Below, piece after piece: positions 38,733 through 47,714 of a stretch of 64,000 nt of DNA. Every line of letters starts with the position of its first letter. The stretch's first letter is position 1. The translations under genes were made by a program, and so were the position numbers. This stretch comes from Bacteroidales bacterium (GTDB taxonomy: Bacteria; Bacteroidota; Bacteroidia; Bacteroidales; UBA1715). Below the pieces are notes generated by a model. That model saw nothing but the letters and a program-made list of their open reading frames with translations. It did not search any database and was not told the origin of the DNA. The DNA is taken from positions 2,124 to 66,123 of the forward strand of contig JAWOEL010000080.1 in NCBI GenBank assembly GCA_046482735.1. Reading direction: 5' to 3'.

Positions 38733-39728
38733 ATGTTGATAAGTCTTGTTGGTAAATATGATACATATGAGTACAATTCTCAAAACCAAATGAATAGCAC
38801 TCCCAAAAAAAGAAAATTTAGTGCAATTTATCGTGGTAAACGGAAAAGTGATGGTGCATATGTCATTATAAAGCATATAAAACAGTACTCAGCTATCAGA
38901 CATAATGATCATAAAGTGCTTATTGAACAATTTTTGTTGGGTATATCTGCTTTGCATTCATCGGTTGTTCAGACATATGAAATTGTTCAATTGCAAGATG
39001 AGTATTTTATAGTCCGCGAATATTTGCAAGGTGTAGATGCAAAAACACTTATTTGTGATCCTGATTACTCACATCTGCAAAATTCTTTTTTTTCGTGTCA
39101 GGTAGGTGTTAAAATGTGTGAGGTATTGCATGAATTGCATATGCATTCTATTATTCATTGTAACATTAAACCATCAAATATTTTTATAGAGTGTGATGAT
39201 GAGGGTAAAATTGATGTTCATGATTTCTCTCTTAAAATAGTTGATTTTGAAATGGCTCATGTGCATGATGCTCAGTTGTTTTATTATAAAAAACTTCCTT
39301 TTTCTCTTGTGTATTCACCCCCCGAACAAGTATTGCATTATGCCGATGTTATTGATAATACTTCAGATTTGTATTGTTTGGGACTTGTGATGTACGAAAT
39401 AATTACTCGTCGGCCACCTTTTTATAGCGAAAATCACGAAATGCTCGTTAATTTTCAGATTAATAAAGAATTACAAAAAAACTCACGTATTTCTCAGGAT
39501 ATGTTGTCGTTTGTACAAAAAGCTACATCAAAATTCAAATATTCTTTACCACCCAATAGATATTCGTATGAACAAAATGAGAAATTTTTGGAACAGGGGA
39601 AGCAAAGCAGATTTCAATCAGCTCAAGATATGAAAGAGGCAATTGAAGAAATGATGGTACGTTTTCAGGAGAAAAAAAACAAACGAAAAAACACTTCTTG
39701 GTTTTCTCGTTTGTTTAAGAGAACATAA
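38733..39728 (+). CDS. Hanks-type Ser/Thr protein kinase homologue with substituted catalytic residues (predicted pseudokinase)
   Basis: Kinase subdomains are recognisable: VIIK (II), IIHCNIKPSNIF (VIb), VDFEMAH (VII), YSPPEQ (VIII) and SDLYCLGLVMYEIITRRPPF (IX). A TATATTTG -7 box at 38681-38688 favours the ATG at 38733 over the TTG at 38691. Confidence 0.7.
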   Translation: MLISLVGKYDTYEYNSQNQMNSTPKKRKFSAIYRGKRKSDGAYVIIKHIKQYSAIRHNDHKVLIEQFLLGISALHSSVVQTYEIVQLQDEYFIVREYLQGVDAKTLICDPDYSHLQNSFFSCQVGVKMCEVLHELHMHSIIHCNIKPSNIFIECDDEGKIDVHDFSLKIVDFEMAHVHDAQLFYYKKLPFSLVYSPPEQVLHYADVIDNTSDLYCLGLVMYEIITRRPPFYSENHEMLVNFQINKELQKNSRISQDMLSFVQKATSKFKYSLPPNRYSYEQNEKFLEQGKQSRFQSAQDMKEAIEEMMVRFQEKKNKRKNTSWFSRLFKRT

Positions 39729-39734
39729 AACTCT

Positions 39735-40427
39735 TTAGTTTTTAATAGAGCATCCTATCGCAACAGTTTTTGTTTTTGGTATTTCTGTGTCTCTTAAAAG
39801 TGCATGTACTGCATCTGCGACATATGTTTCTGTTACGTTTTCCGGTTCTTCGTAGTTGTTGTCTATTGCCCCTATGTATTGTACAATATTTTTCTCGTTT
39901 TGTTTTTCGAGTACAAATACATGTGGTGTATGTGTTGCACCATATTGAGGATATATTTTTTGTCCTTTATCAAATACATATACAAAAGGAAATTGTTTTT
40001 CTTTTGCTCGTTTTTGCATAGCTTCAAAATTGTCTTCTGGATAATCTTTTGAATCATTTGGATTAATGGCAATTACCGGGTATCCTAATGGAGCAAATTT
40101 AGCGTGTAGTTCAATGATTCTTTCTTCGTATGCAACTGCGTACGGGCAATGATTACATGTAAAAATAACGATAAAACCCTTAGCTTCAGGATAGTCTGAT
40201 AAAGATACCATGGAGCCATCTACGTTTTGTAATGAAAAATCAGTTGCCTCATCGCCAATGTCGTATCCTTTAGTTTTTGAGGTTTTTTCTGAACATGTAT
40301 CTGATTTGGTTACTTCTGATGTTTTTGTATTAGAATCTGTTTGGTTTTTTTGTGAGCAGTTGGAATTGCATGCACTGAGTAGCAATAACGAACTGGCAAT
40401 AAATACGAGTGTTTTCATAGTTTTCAT
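39735..40427 (-). CDS. thioredoxin-fold lipoprotein (AhpC/TSA-redoxin family thiol-disulfide oxidoreductase)
   Basis: Lipoprotein signal (LLLLSACNSNC) and a CxxC active site in FTCNHCPYAVAY, within a redoxin-like fold. Confidence 0.7.
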   Translation of the reverse strand: MKTMKTLVFIASSLLLLSACNSNCSQKNQTDSNTKTSEVTKSDTCSEKTSKTKGYDIGDEATDFSLQNVDGSMVSLSDYPEAKGFIVIFTCNHCPYAVAYEERIIELHAKFAPLGYPVIAINPNDSKDYPEDNFEAMQKRAKEKQFPFVYVFDKGQKIYPQYGATHTPHVFVLEKQNEKNIVQYIGAIDNNYEEPENVTETYVADAVHALLRDTEIPKTKTVAIGCSIKN

Positions 40428-40441
40428 AGTTTTAGAGTGTT

Positions 40442-40957
40442 TTATAAATTGTTTGAAATTATAGAGTGAAACTTGTGTTTAGATATTTTTTCTTGCTGAA
40501 AATTTAATTTTTCTTTGTTTTTATAAAAAACAGTTGCCGGAATGCTGCCGGTCCATGATGAATCTACAGCCGGAATCCATGTATTCATTGTCGTAATATC
40601 GGTCAATAAATAGGTGTCTGCTGAAATTGTGTGTTCATTTAAAAATGGTATCACTTTGGTTTCAAAATCAGAGGGTCTGTCGAGAGATACCAATATGAGT
40701 TTAAATGGCTTATTGTGCATTTCTTCTTTTACTTTTATGAAGCCTGGTAATTCTTCGATGCAGGGCTTGCACCATGTTGCCCAAAAATTTACAGCATATA
40801 GCGTGTCGTTATCTTGTAATATAATTTCTTGTAATGTGTTAAAAGATATTTTTTCTCGACGAACAGATGGTCGTTCTGAGTTTTCTTTTTGTTGGGTTGT
40901 TGTGCAACTTGTAAAAGTTAAGATGTAAGCGAAAAGTATTACAATTGTGTTTTTCAT
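40442..40957 (-). CDS. TlpA-like thioredoxin-family lipoprotein
   Basis: Lipoprotein signal (ILTFTSCTT) and a WCxxC active site in NFWATWCKPCIEELP. Confidence 0.75.
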   Translation of the reverse strand: MKNTIVILFAYILTFTSCTTTQQKENSERPSVRREKISFNTLQEIILQDNDTLYAVNFWATWCKPCIEELPGFIKVKEEMHNKPFKLILVSLDRPSDFETKVIPFLNEHTISADTYLLTDITTMNTWIPAVDSSWTGSIPATVFYKNKEKLNFQQEKISKHKFHSIISNNL

Positions 40958-41206
40958 AATTTTATGTAATAGACTTGTATAAGCCTTAATTTGTTCCGAA
41001 TTTTTTTCGGGATGAACTTGTTTTGTGTTTTTAGAATTATGGTTTATAATATATTGCTTTTTTTAAGTTGTCGTAATATACAATTTTTATCTTACTAAAA
41101 TAATAAATTTTTAGGTGTATATATTCGAATTTGTATGATTGTTGTGTTGTTTTTTTGTTTAGTAATACAGGTAATATGCTGATTTAGAAATGTATTTTTA
41201 TAAGCA

Positions 41207-42484
41207 TTACATAGAATTTGTGTTATTAAGAATTTTATGCCCAAAAGCACACTGCAAGCATTTACGTTTTGTGCAGTAGTTGTTGGATAATTCTAACAGA
41301 GCTTGACTGCGAAATGCATTATTGCATTGAATATCTAACTTGTTCCATGAATTTGTTATAGAATTTTTTTCGCAGGGTAGGTCTTCTAAAAATTCCAATG
41401 CCCTGTTTGTAAACATATCTTGCTTTGTATAGGTGCCATAGGCAAATAAAAATGGAACTACGGTGTTTATGAGTATAGTGTTGATAGTTGTATTGCCCAT
41501 TTTTTTGATTCGAAAAGTAGATTTTTGCGAAAGCCTGTAATGTGTGTGCCAGTAGGAGTGGAGTTGTGTTGTAAAAATGTGTGCACAATTATTTACGTTT
41601 TCGCAATTGATGATTAAACTACAGATATGTTGGTGTGTGTGTAAGAGAGCAGCAAATTGAGCAATTCGAATAGTCGGAAAATTAGCTGGTCGCATGCGTG
41701 CGAATTTCCATAATTCTCGCGAAATAGGTGTGAGCCTGTATTTTTTTTGCAAAAAAGAGTATTCTTGTATTAATTTGTGAGAATAATCATCGCAATTACA
41801 TTTCGGTAGAAGCTGAGCCTGCCCAAATAATAAAGCCTCTAGTTGAAATAAAGAGTGTGCGTGTTTCATGAGAATTGTACGCGGCAATGACTGAGCTAAG
41901 GCCTCAAAAGCTAGAGCATTGGTTTTTACTCCGAAATTTTTGGCAAGAGTCTCGTACATGGTATCTTCCCAGTTATTATTAAGAGTGTAGTATCGAGCTA
42001 TTATGTCGCGGGCTTTTCTTTCAAAACGTTCGATTACCAACCTGTCGAACCAGGCTGACTTATAAATACCGTCAATATAAGAGAGTTTTTCAAAACATAT
42101 AGTGTTGTCGGGCATGTGTTCTATATGTTGCAATGTGTGTTGTATATCTTTTGATATAGGTATAATTACGGTAGGAATGGAGCTCCCGTTTTGGTTTTGT
42201 ATTTCCGAATCATATTCGTACACAATGTGCAGAATTACCGAATTATATGCAGGATTTTTTTCGTGCTTGTGTTGGAACCAATCGCTTGCACGTATGTGAA
42301 TTTCTATATCACCTACCCAGAGTGTGTTATTGATGTAAATGTGTGCTTGTGTAAAATCAGGTCCCGAATCGGTATTGTGTATACCAATTTTTTGTATGCG
42401 TACGGGTTCATTTTCAACTGTTTGCAGTTGTGTGGTGTCGAATAATTGAAATTTCCACACATAGTGTAAAAAAACTTCTTTCAT
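41207..42484 (-). CDS. DUF2851-family protein
   Basis: A 425-aa protein with N-terminus MKEVFLHYVWKFQLF and a C-terminal Cys motif (CTKRKCLQCAFG), as I recall for DUF2851. The call is from memory only. Confidence 0.6.
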   Translation of the reverse strand: MKEVFLHYVWKFQLFDTTQLQTVENEPVRIQKIGIHNTDSGPDFTQAHIYINNTLWVGDIEIHIRASDWFQHKHEKNPAYNSVILHIVYEYDSEIQNQNGSSIPTVIIPISKDIQHTLQHIEHMPDNTICFEKLSYIDGIYKSAWFDRLVIERFERKARDIIARYYTLNNNWEDTMYETLAKNFGVKTNALAFEALAQSLPRTILMKHAHSLFQLEALLFGQAQLLPKCNCDDYSHKLIQEYSFLQKKYRLTPISRELWKFARMRPANFPTIRIAQFAALLHTHQHICSLIINCENVNNCAHIFTTQLHSYWHTHYRLSQKSTFRIKKMGNTTINTILINTVVPFLFAYGTYTKQDMFTNRALEFLEDLPCEKNSITNSWNKLDIQCNNAFRSQALLELSNNYCTKRKCLQCAFGHKILNNTNSM

Positions 42485-42569
42485 GGCTGCGATTTTTGTT
42501 TACACAAAAATACAGCTTTTTTACAAAACTCAAAAATTCACAATTTTTTGTTTAGAAGCGTTTTGTTAT

Positions 42570-44474
42570 TTAATAAGCACGTTTGTTGTTTTTTTCAATA
42601 AAATTAATAAAGGCATTATTTACAGCTCTGTTTCCTCCCGGAGTAGGATAATTTCCGGTAAAGTACCAGTCTCCTTGCGAAGTCGGACACGCAATGTGTA
42701 AGTTTTCGACTGTCTGGTATATAATATCAATACTAATGTCCACATCATCTGGGCGTAACATTTCAGATATTTTTTTACTTATCTGATCATCGGTAAAGGG
42801 AGCATATATATCCTGTACAAAATTTTGAATCTCTTCTTTTGGTAATGTTGATTGATCTTTTGATTTTTTATATACTTCGTTGATTATGTGTTCTTGTTTT
42901 GTGTCGTGCAATAATGCTATGGCAGCATTAAAAGCACATAAATCACCGAGTTTTGCCATATCTATACCATAACAGTCAGGGTATCTGATTTGTGGTGCAG
43001 ACGAAACAATTATTATTTTTTTAGGTTGTAGACGGGCAAGAATTTTAATAATGCTTTTTTTAAGGGTTGTACCACGAACAATAGAATCGTCAATAACAAT
43101 TAAATTGTCAGTATCTTTTACTATACCATATGTAACGTCATATACGTGGGCAACTAAATCGTCACGGCTTTTGTCTTCGGTAATAAAAGTACGGAGTTTC
43201 GCATCTTTAATTGCTATTTTTTCTAAATGAGCACCTTCTTGTATAATTTCATGTAATTTTTCAGGAGTTAACCCTCCATTATTTTGCAATGCAAGAATTT
43301 TTTCTTCTTTAATTGTATTTATATAGTCTTGCATTCCCTCAATCATTCCATAATATGCAATTTCTGCGGTATTAGGAATAAAAGACATTACCGAATTTTT
43401 ATAATCGTAATTAATTGATTTTAGAATCTGAGGAAGTAGCAATCGACCTAATTTTTTACGTTCCTGATAAATATCTGCATCGCCACCTCTGGAAAAATAT
43501 ATTCGTTCGAATGAACATGCAGTAAGTTTTTTGGGTTTTCTCACTTCTTCAACATGTACGCTGCCATCTTTTTTTACAATAACAGCTTGCCCCGGAGGAA
43601 CTTCTTTAATTGATTCAAAGGGGACATTAAATGCTGTTTGAATTACCGGACGCTCAGACGTAGCAACTACAATTTCATCATCTGCATAATAAAAAGCCGG
43701 TCGTATGCCTGAGGGGTCTCTTGTAATAAAAGAATCACCATTACCAATTATTCCGGAAATAACATATCCGCCGTCCCAATGTTTTGAGGCTTCTCTTAAA
43801 ATATGAGAGATAGATAATTCTTCTGAAATAAGTTCAGATATTTCAACATTTGTTTTTCCTTGCTCTTTGTATTTAGTGAAAATGCGTTGGTTTTCACGAT
43901 CCAGAAAATGACCAATTTTTTCTAAAATAGTTATTATATCGGTATATGCTCGCGGATGTTGTCCTAAATCGAGAAGTTTTTGGTACAGTTCATCCATATT
44001 TGCAAGGTTAAAGTTTCCTGCAAGCATGAGAGAGCGTGTTTTCCAATTGCTTTCACGTTTTACCGGATGCGTGTTTGCTATATCATAATCGCCAAATGTA
44101 CCATAGCGTAAATGAGCTAAATACATGTCGGCTGCATATTGCGTATTGTGTTTTGCCCAATGAGCATCTTTTAGTAACTCCGGATTGGTTTTTTGTATTT
44201 CAAGATATGGTTTGTTAATTTCTTTAAAAAGTGAAATAATCGGCGATGCTTCTGTAGAGCGAATGCGCGTAAGAAAGTCCGAGCCCTTATCTGTATCTAA
44301 TTTGCAAAAAGCAATGCCTGCACCGTCTTGCCCACGGTTGTGCTGCTTTTCCATAAGTAAATACAATTTGTTTAAACCATATTTCCATGTACCGTATTTT
44401 GCTTGATAATACTCGAGAGGTTTTAGTAATCTGATGAATGCAATGCCGCATTCATGTTTAATTGAGTCGCTCAT
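42570..44474 (-). CDS. purF: amidophosphoribosyltransferase (long Bacteroidota-type)
   Basis: Ntn class-II amidotransferase N-terminus (MSDSIKHECGIAFI) and a PRTase motif (LIVIDDSIVRGTT). Confidence 0.88.
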   Translation of the reverse strand: MSDSIKHECGIAFIRLLKPLEYYQAKYGTWKYGLNKLYLLMEKQHNRGQDGAGIAFCKLDTDKGSDFLTRIRSTEASPIISLFKEINKPYLEIQKTNPELLKDAHWAKHNTQYAADMYLAHLRYGTFGDYDIANTHPVKRESNWKTRSLMLAGNFNLANMDELYQKLLDLGQHPRAYTDIITILEKIGHFLDRENQRIFTKYKEQGKTNVEISELISEELSISHILREASKHWDGGYVISGIIGNGDSFITRDPSGIRPAFYYADDEIVVATSERPVIQTAFNVPFESIKEVPPGQAVIVKKDGSVHVEEVRKPKKLTACSFERIYFSRGGDADIYQERKKLGRLLLPQILKSINYDYKNSVMSFIPNTAEIAYYGMIEGMQDYINTIKEEKILALQNNGGLTPEKLHEIIQEGAHLEKIAIKDAKLRTFITEDKSRDDLVAHVYDVTYGIVKDTDNLIVIDDSIVRGTTLKKSIIKILARLQPKKIIIVSSAPQIRYPDCYGIDMAKLGDLCAFNAAIALLHDTKQEHIINEVYKKSKDQSTLPKEEIQNFVQDIYAPFTDDQISKKISEMLRPDDVDISIDIIYQTVENLHIACPTSQGDWYFTGNYPTPGGNRAVNNAFINFIEKNNKRAY

Positions 44475-44625
44475 TTTTTTGTATATTTACTTTACTTTGC
44501 AAAAGTATAAATTTATTATCTGCTTTATCTTTTCTCTATATTTTTTTTACGTTTTTTTCTCTATTTTTTTTTTAATAAAGATTATATCTTACATTTATAC
44601 TTTTAAGATATGTCATAATGTAAAC

Positions 44626-46326
44626 ATGAAAAATTTACGTAAATATATACATTCTCTTTTGCTTACTGAGTATATAATCTATATATATGTACTGTATGGA
44701 CTGTTTTTTTTATTAACAGCAAGTATCGGTTTTTTTTTTAATGACAGTAATATTATTGCATTCTCACTTATAGTAAGTATAGTAAGTTTTGTATATACAA
44801 TACCCAAAATATCTCGCTATCCCTTTTATTTTCTTATACTCTTTTCGTGTGTGTATGTGGTATTTTTGCATTTCATAAGTTATCCGCACTTTTTATTTGT
44901 GAGTGTGTTTGTTCTTATGTTTGCCGCATTGTTTCGTTTTTATAAAATACTTGTTTTCTTTGGACTAAGTATTTTTCTTTTTTCCTTGTATGCTAGTTTT
45001 GTTGTACACAACCAAAATGTGAATGCAATTCATGTTATGTATATGTTGGTTTATTTATTTTTGTGCGGTTTTAGTGCACTTGTTCGCTTTTCGGCAGTTA
45101 AACGAAGCAAAGAGCACACCCAAACTTCGCGGGATTTAAATAAACATCAAATTTCTATAGATATATTATCAGATATATCGTATAAAGTCCGGACGTATTT
45201 AAGTTCAGTCTTAGGTTTTTTTACTTTGCTTAAAAATGAACATATTGATTTAGGTAAACAAAATAATGATTTTGTTACACGATTATATAATGAAAACAGA
45301 AGTCTTTTGGCTTTGTTTGATGAGCACATATCTACCACCTATAATATGCATGAATCACAAAATAAACTGTTTGAAGATGTATTTAAAGAAGTGCTTGCCG
45401 AGCATGTGACTAATGGTGAGATTGTATTGGACGATTTTGTGGTTGAGGTTGATGAGTCTGTTGTGCAAAATATTCAAGAAGACTATGATGAAGTGCGTAT
45501 AATTTTTTCGGAAATAATAACATCTATACGTGCAAGTAAGAAAAAACTTGCAATTCCCGGAATTAGTGTCAGGATAGTACAACCACTTGAATCGAAAACA
45601 AGTGTTACTTTTTTGTTTGAAGTGTTTGTTGATGGTATAAAAAAATTAATACACCCAGCCCCGACACAAATTGATTTGTTTTCTGATTCATATTCAAATA
45701 CTGAATTATTATTACAAGAAAACCAGCATAAAAGATTTGCCCATATTTTATTGCATCGCACTATTCAAATACTTGATCAGCAGCATGCAAAAATTGGCCT
45801 GGTACAACCATCCCGAACTAAAGTTGGCTTTGTCTTTAGTTATTCGTTTTGGAAGAAAAAACCTGTAAAAACAACATTTTCTGAATCGTACAAAGAGAAA
45901 CACACAGAGCAATCACAAGAACATGTATCGATTTCAGAATTGCATGTTTTGTTGGTAGAAGATAATTTAATGAATCAAAATATGGTTGCCATGATTTTAC
46001 AAAAACGTGTAAAAGAAGTTTTGGTAGCAAATAATGGCAAAGAAGCATTACAAATTCTCTCTACATCAAAAGTTGATGTTGTATTAATGGATATTCAAAT
46101 GCCAATAATGGATGGATATCAGGCAACGGAGCGCATAAGAGAAATTGAGTTGGCAAACGAAATATATACTCCTATTATAGCTTTAACGGCAAATGCTCTC
46201 GATAATGAACGCACATTGTGTATAGAAAAAGGAATGGATGGGTATTTGAGTAAACCATTTGGAGTTAAGGAGCTTATGGGTGTTATCGAAGAGGTGATGT
46301 ATAAAAAAACGCATGTACCTGAATGA
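44626..46326 (+). CDS. membrane protein with degenerate histidine-kinase-like core and C-terminal response-regulator receiver domain
   Basis: About 5 N-terminal TM helices, then an H-box-like segment, DILSDISYKVRTYLSSVLGF, with Tyr where the phospho-His is expected. I see no convincing N/G1/G2 ATP-binding boxes. The REC domain is intact (LLVEDNLMNQ, VVLMDIQMPIMDG, ALTANAL, YLSKPF). I placed the start at MKNLRKY to avoid overlap with purF. Confidence 0.7.
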   Translation: MKNLRKYIHSLLLTEYIIYIYVLYGLFFLLTASIGFFFNDSNIIAFSLIVSIVSFVYTIPKISRYPFYFLILFSCVYVVFLHFISYPHFLFVSVFVLMFAALFRFYKILVFFGLSIFLFSLYASFVVHNQNVNAIHVMYMLVYLFLCGFSALVRFSAVKRSKEHTQTSRDLNKHQISIDILSDISYKVRTYLSSVLGFFTLLKNEHIDLGKQNNDFVTRLYNENRSLLALFDEHISTTYNMHESQNKLFEDVFKEVLAEHVTNGEIVLDDFVVEVDESVVQNIQEDYDEVRIIFSEIITSIRASKKKLAIPGISVRIVQPLESKTSVTFLFEVFVDGIKKLIHPAPTQIDLFSDSYSNTELLLQENQHKRFAHILLHRTIQILDQQHAKIGLVQPSRTKVGFVFSYSFWKKKPVKTTFSESYKEKHTEQSQEHVSISELHVLLVEDNLMNQNMVAMILQKRVKEVLVANNGKEALQILSTSKVDVVLMDIQMPIMDGYQATERIREIELANEIYTPIIALTANALDNERTLCIEKGMDGYLSKPFGVKELMGVIEEVMYKKTHVPE

Positions 46327-46421
46327 TACTATTGTTTTATAATGCTTGCATTATTATTTTCTAATAATTATTAAATTTTAAAAATAAATTTGTGGTAGTA
46401 AATCCTCAGTTGTTGTTTCAA

Positions 46422-47645
46422 ATGAATGGACTTGTAGTTTTTATATTGTTTATAGCACTCGTTATTGTATATACCTATAAAGCGTATCAAAATTCTCGTA
46501 CAGTATCTACCCACAAAATAAGATTAATTTATGGAATTATAACATTTTTGCTGGTTATAGGATTTCTACTTATGTGGCAGCGGCAAGTAGACAATTATGC
46601 CAGCATTACTATGATTAAGAATATATGCATAGGTTTGTCAGTAGCATTACTTGTTTCGATGCTTATAACTGTATCAGCATTTTTACTCGAAGATATAGTG
46701 CGAATTGTACTATGGATCAAACGAAGTATTCAGCATAAAAAACGTGTAGTACTTCCCGCCCGAACCAACACAATACGAGTAGCCACCCTTGCCATTACCG
46801 TATTAATAGTAAGTGCAGTATTGTATGGTGTCGTATGGGGCTTTTCGCATTACAAAGTACATTATGTGGATTTTGCACATCCCGATATTCCCACAGAATT
46901 TGATGGATTTACTATTGCACAGATTTCTGATACCCATTTAGGAACCTTTGGAAGTATAAAGCAAGTACAAAAAGGGCTGGATGTGCTACAACAACAAAAT
47001 CCCGATATGGTTGTATTTACCGGAGATATGGTAAACAACAAATCAGAAGAAGCCGAGCGATACATATCAATGTTTGCACATATAAAGGCACCCTATGGTA
47101 AATTTGCTGTGTTGGGAAATCATGATTATGCCCACTATGCCGGCAATTTGACAGAACAAGAGCAGCACCACGATGTCGAAAAATTACGAAAGATAATAGG
47201 ACAGATGGGTTTTGAAATATTAGAAAATGAACACCGCACTATTATACAATCTGCCGACACCATACAATTGGTAGGAGTAGAAAATTGGGGCTTAAAGCCA
47301 TTTCCACAATATGGCGATTTAGATAAATCCATGCAAGAAACAGAAAAAAAAATGTTTACAGTATTGTTATCTCATGATCCATCACATTGGCGACACGAAA
47401 TAGTCGAATATGTCCCACCTATAGAATTGACTCTGAGTGGTCATACGCATGGCATGCAATTTGGTTTTGAAATTGGAGATACCAAATGGAGTCCCATACA
47501 ATACCGCTATTCCGATTGGGCAGGATTATTTGAATACAATAACCGCTATTTATACGTGAATCGCGGTTTCGGTGGAATTGGCTTTCCCGCACGCATAGGC
47601 ATACGTCCTGAAATTACCGTTATTAGATTGCAATCCGAAGAGTAA
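46422..47645 (+). CDS. membrane-anchored calcineurin-like metallophosphoesterase (YkuE-like)
   Basis: N-terminal TM helices, then the metallophosphoesterase motifs ISDTHLG, GDMVN, GNHDY and SGHTHG. The track start is a GTG at 46392, which overlaps a TAAATTTG -7 box (46385-46392), so I prefer the ATG at 46422. Confidence 0.8.
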   Translation: MNGLVVFILFIALVIVYTYKAYQNSRTVSTHKIRLIYGIITFLLVIGFLLMWQRQVDNYASITMIKNICIGLSVALLVSMLITVSAFLLEDIVRIVLWIKRSIQHKKRVVLPARTNTIRVATLAITVLIVSAVLYGVVWGFSHYKVHYVDFAHPDIPTEFDGFTIAQISDTHLGTFGSIKQVQKGLDVLQQQNPDMVVFTGDMVNNKSEEAERYISMFAHIKAPYGKFAVLGNHDYAHYAGNLTEQEQHHDVEKLRKIIGQMGFEILENEHRTIIQSADTIQLVGVENWGLKPFPQYGDLDKSMQETEKKMFTVLLSHDPSHWRHEIVEYVPPIELTLSGHTHGMQFGFEIGDTKWSPIQYRYSDWAGLFEYNNRYLYVNRGFGGIGFPARIGIRPEITVIRLQSEE

Positions 47646-47656
47646 ATATATCATCA

Positions 47657-47704
47657 ACCCCCGTCAGTGGTTGCAAACCCTGACGGTGGTGTTTACAAAA
47701 CACC
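47657..47704. repeat. ~45-nt hairpin element, solitary copy (related to the hairpin inside each tandem unit at 48950-48990 and 49167-49207)
   Basis: ACCCCCGTCAGtggttgcaaaccCTGACGGTGGT has arms CCGTCAG at 47661-47667 and CTGACGG at 47680-47686. It is followed by a second small hairpin, GGTGTTTacaAAACACC, and a T-run. It sits between the convergent 3' ends of two genes. Confidence 0.75.
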
Positions 47705-47714
47705 GTATGTTTTT

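Noticed and set aside
44434-44625. A 64-codon N-terminal extension of the degenerate HK-REC gene overlaps the purF start region.
   Set aside because: It overlaps the divergent purF 5' end (to 44474) and the shared promoter region. It encodes implausible poly-Phe/Ile sequence derived from AT-rich spacer. The ATG at 44626 is the more credible start.
47657-47704. The idea that the recurring hairpins are integron attC sites and the bracketed ORF is a gene cassette.
   Set aside because: No intI integrase or attI is present in the window. The hairpin is much shorter than typical attC sites, and I cannot identify the RYYYAAC/GTTRRRY core pair convincingly.
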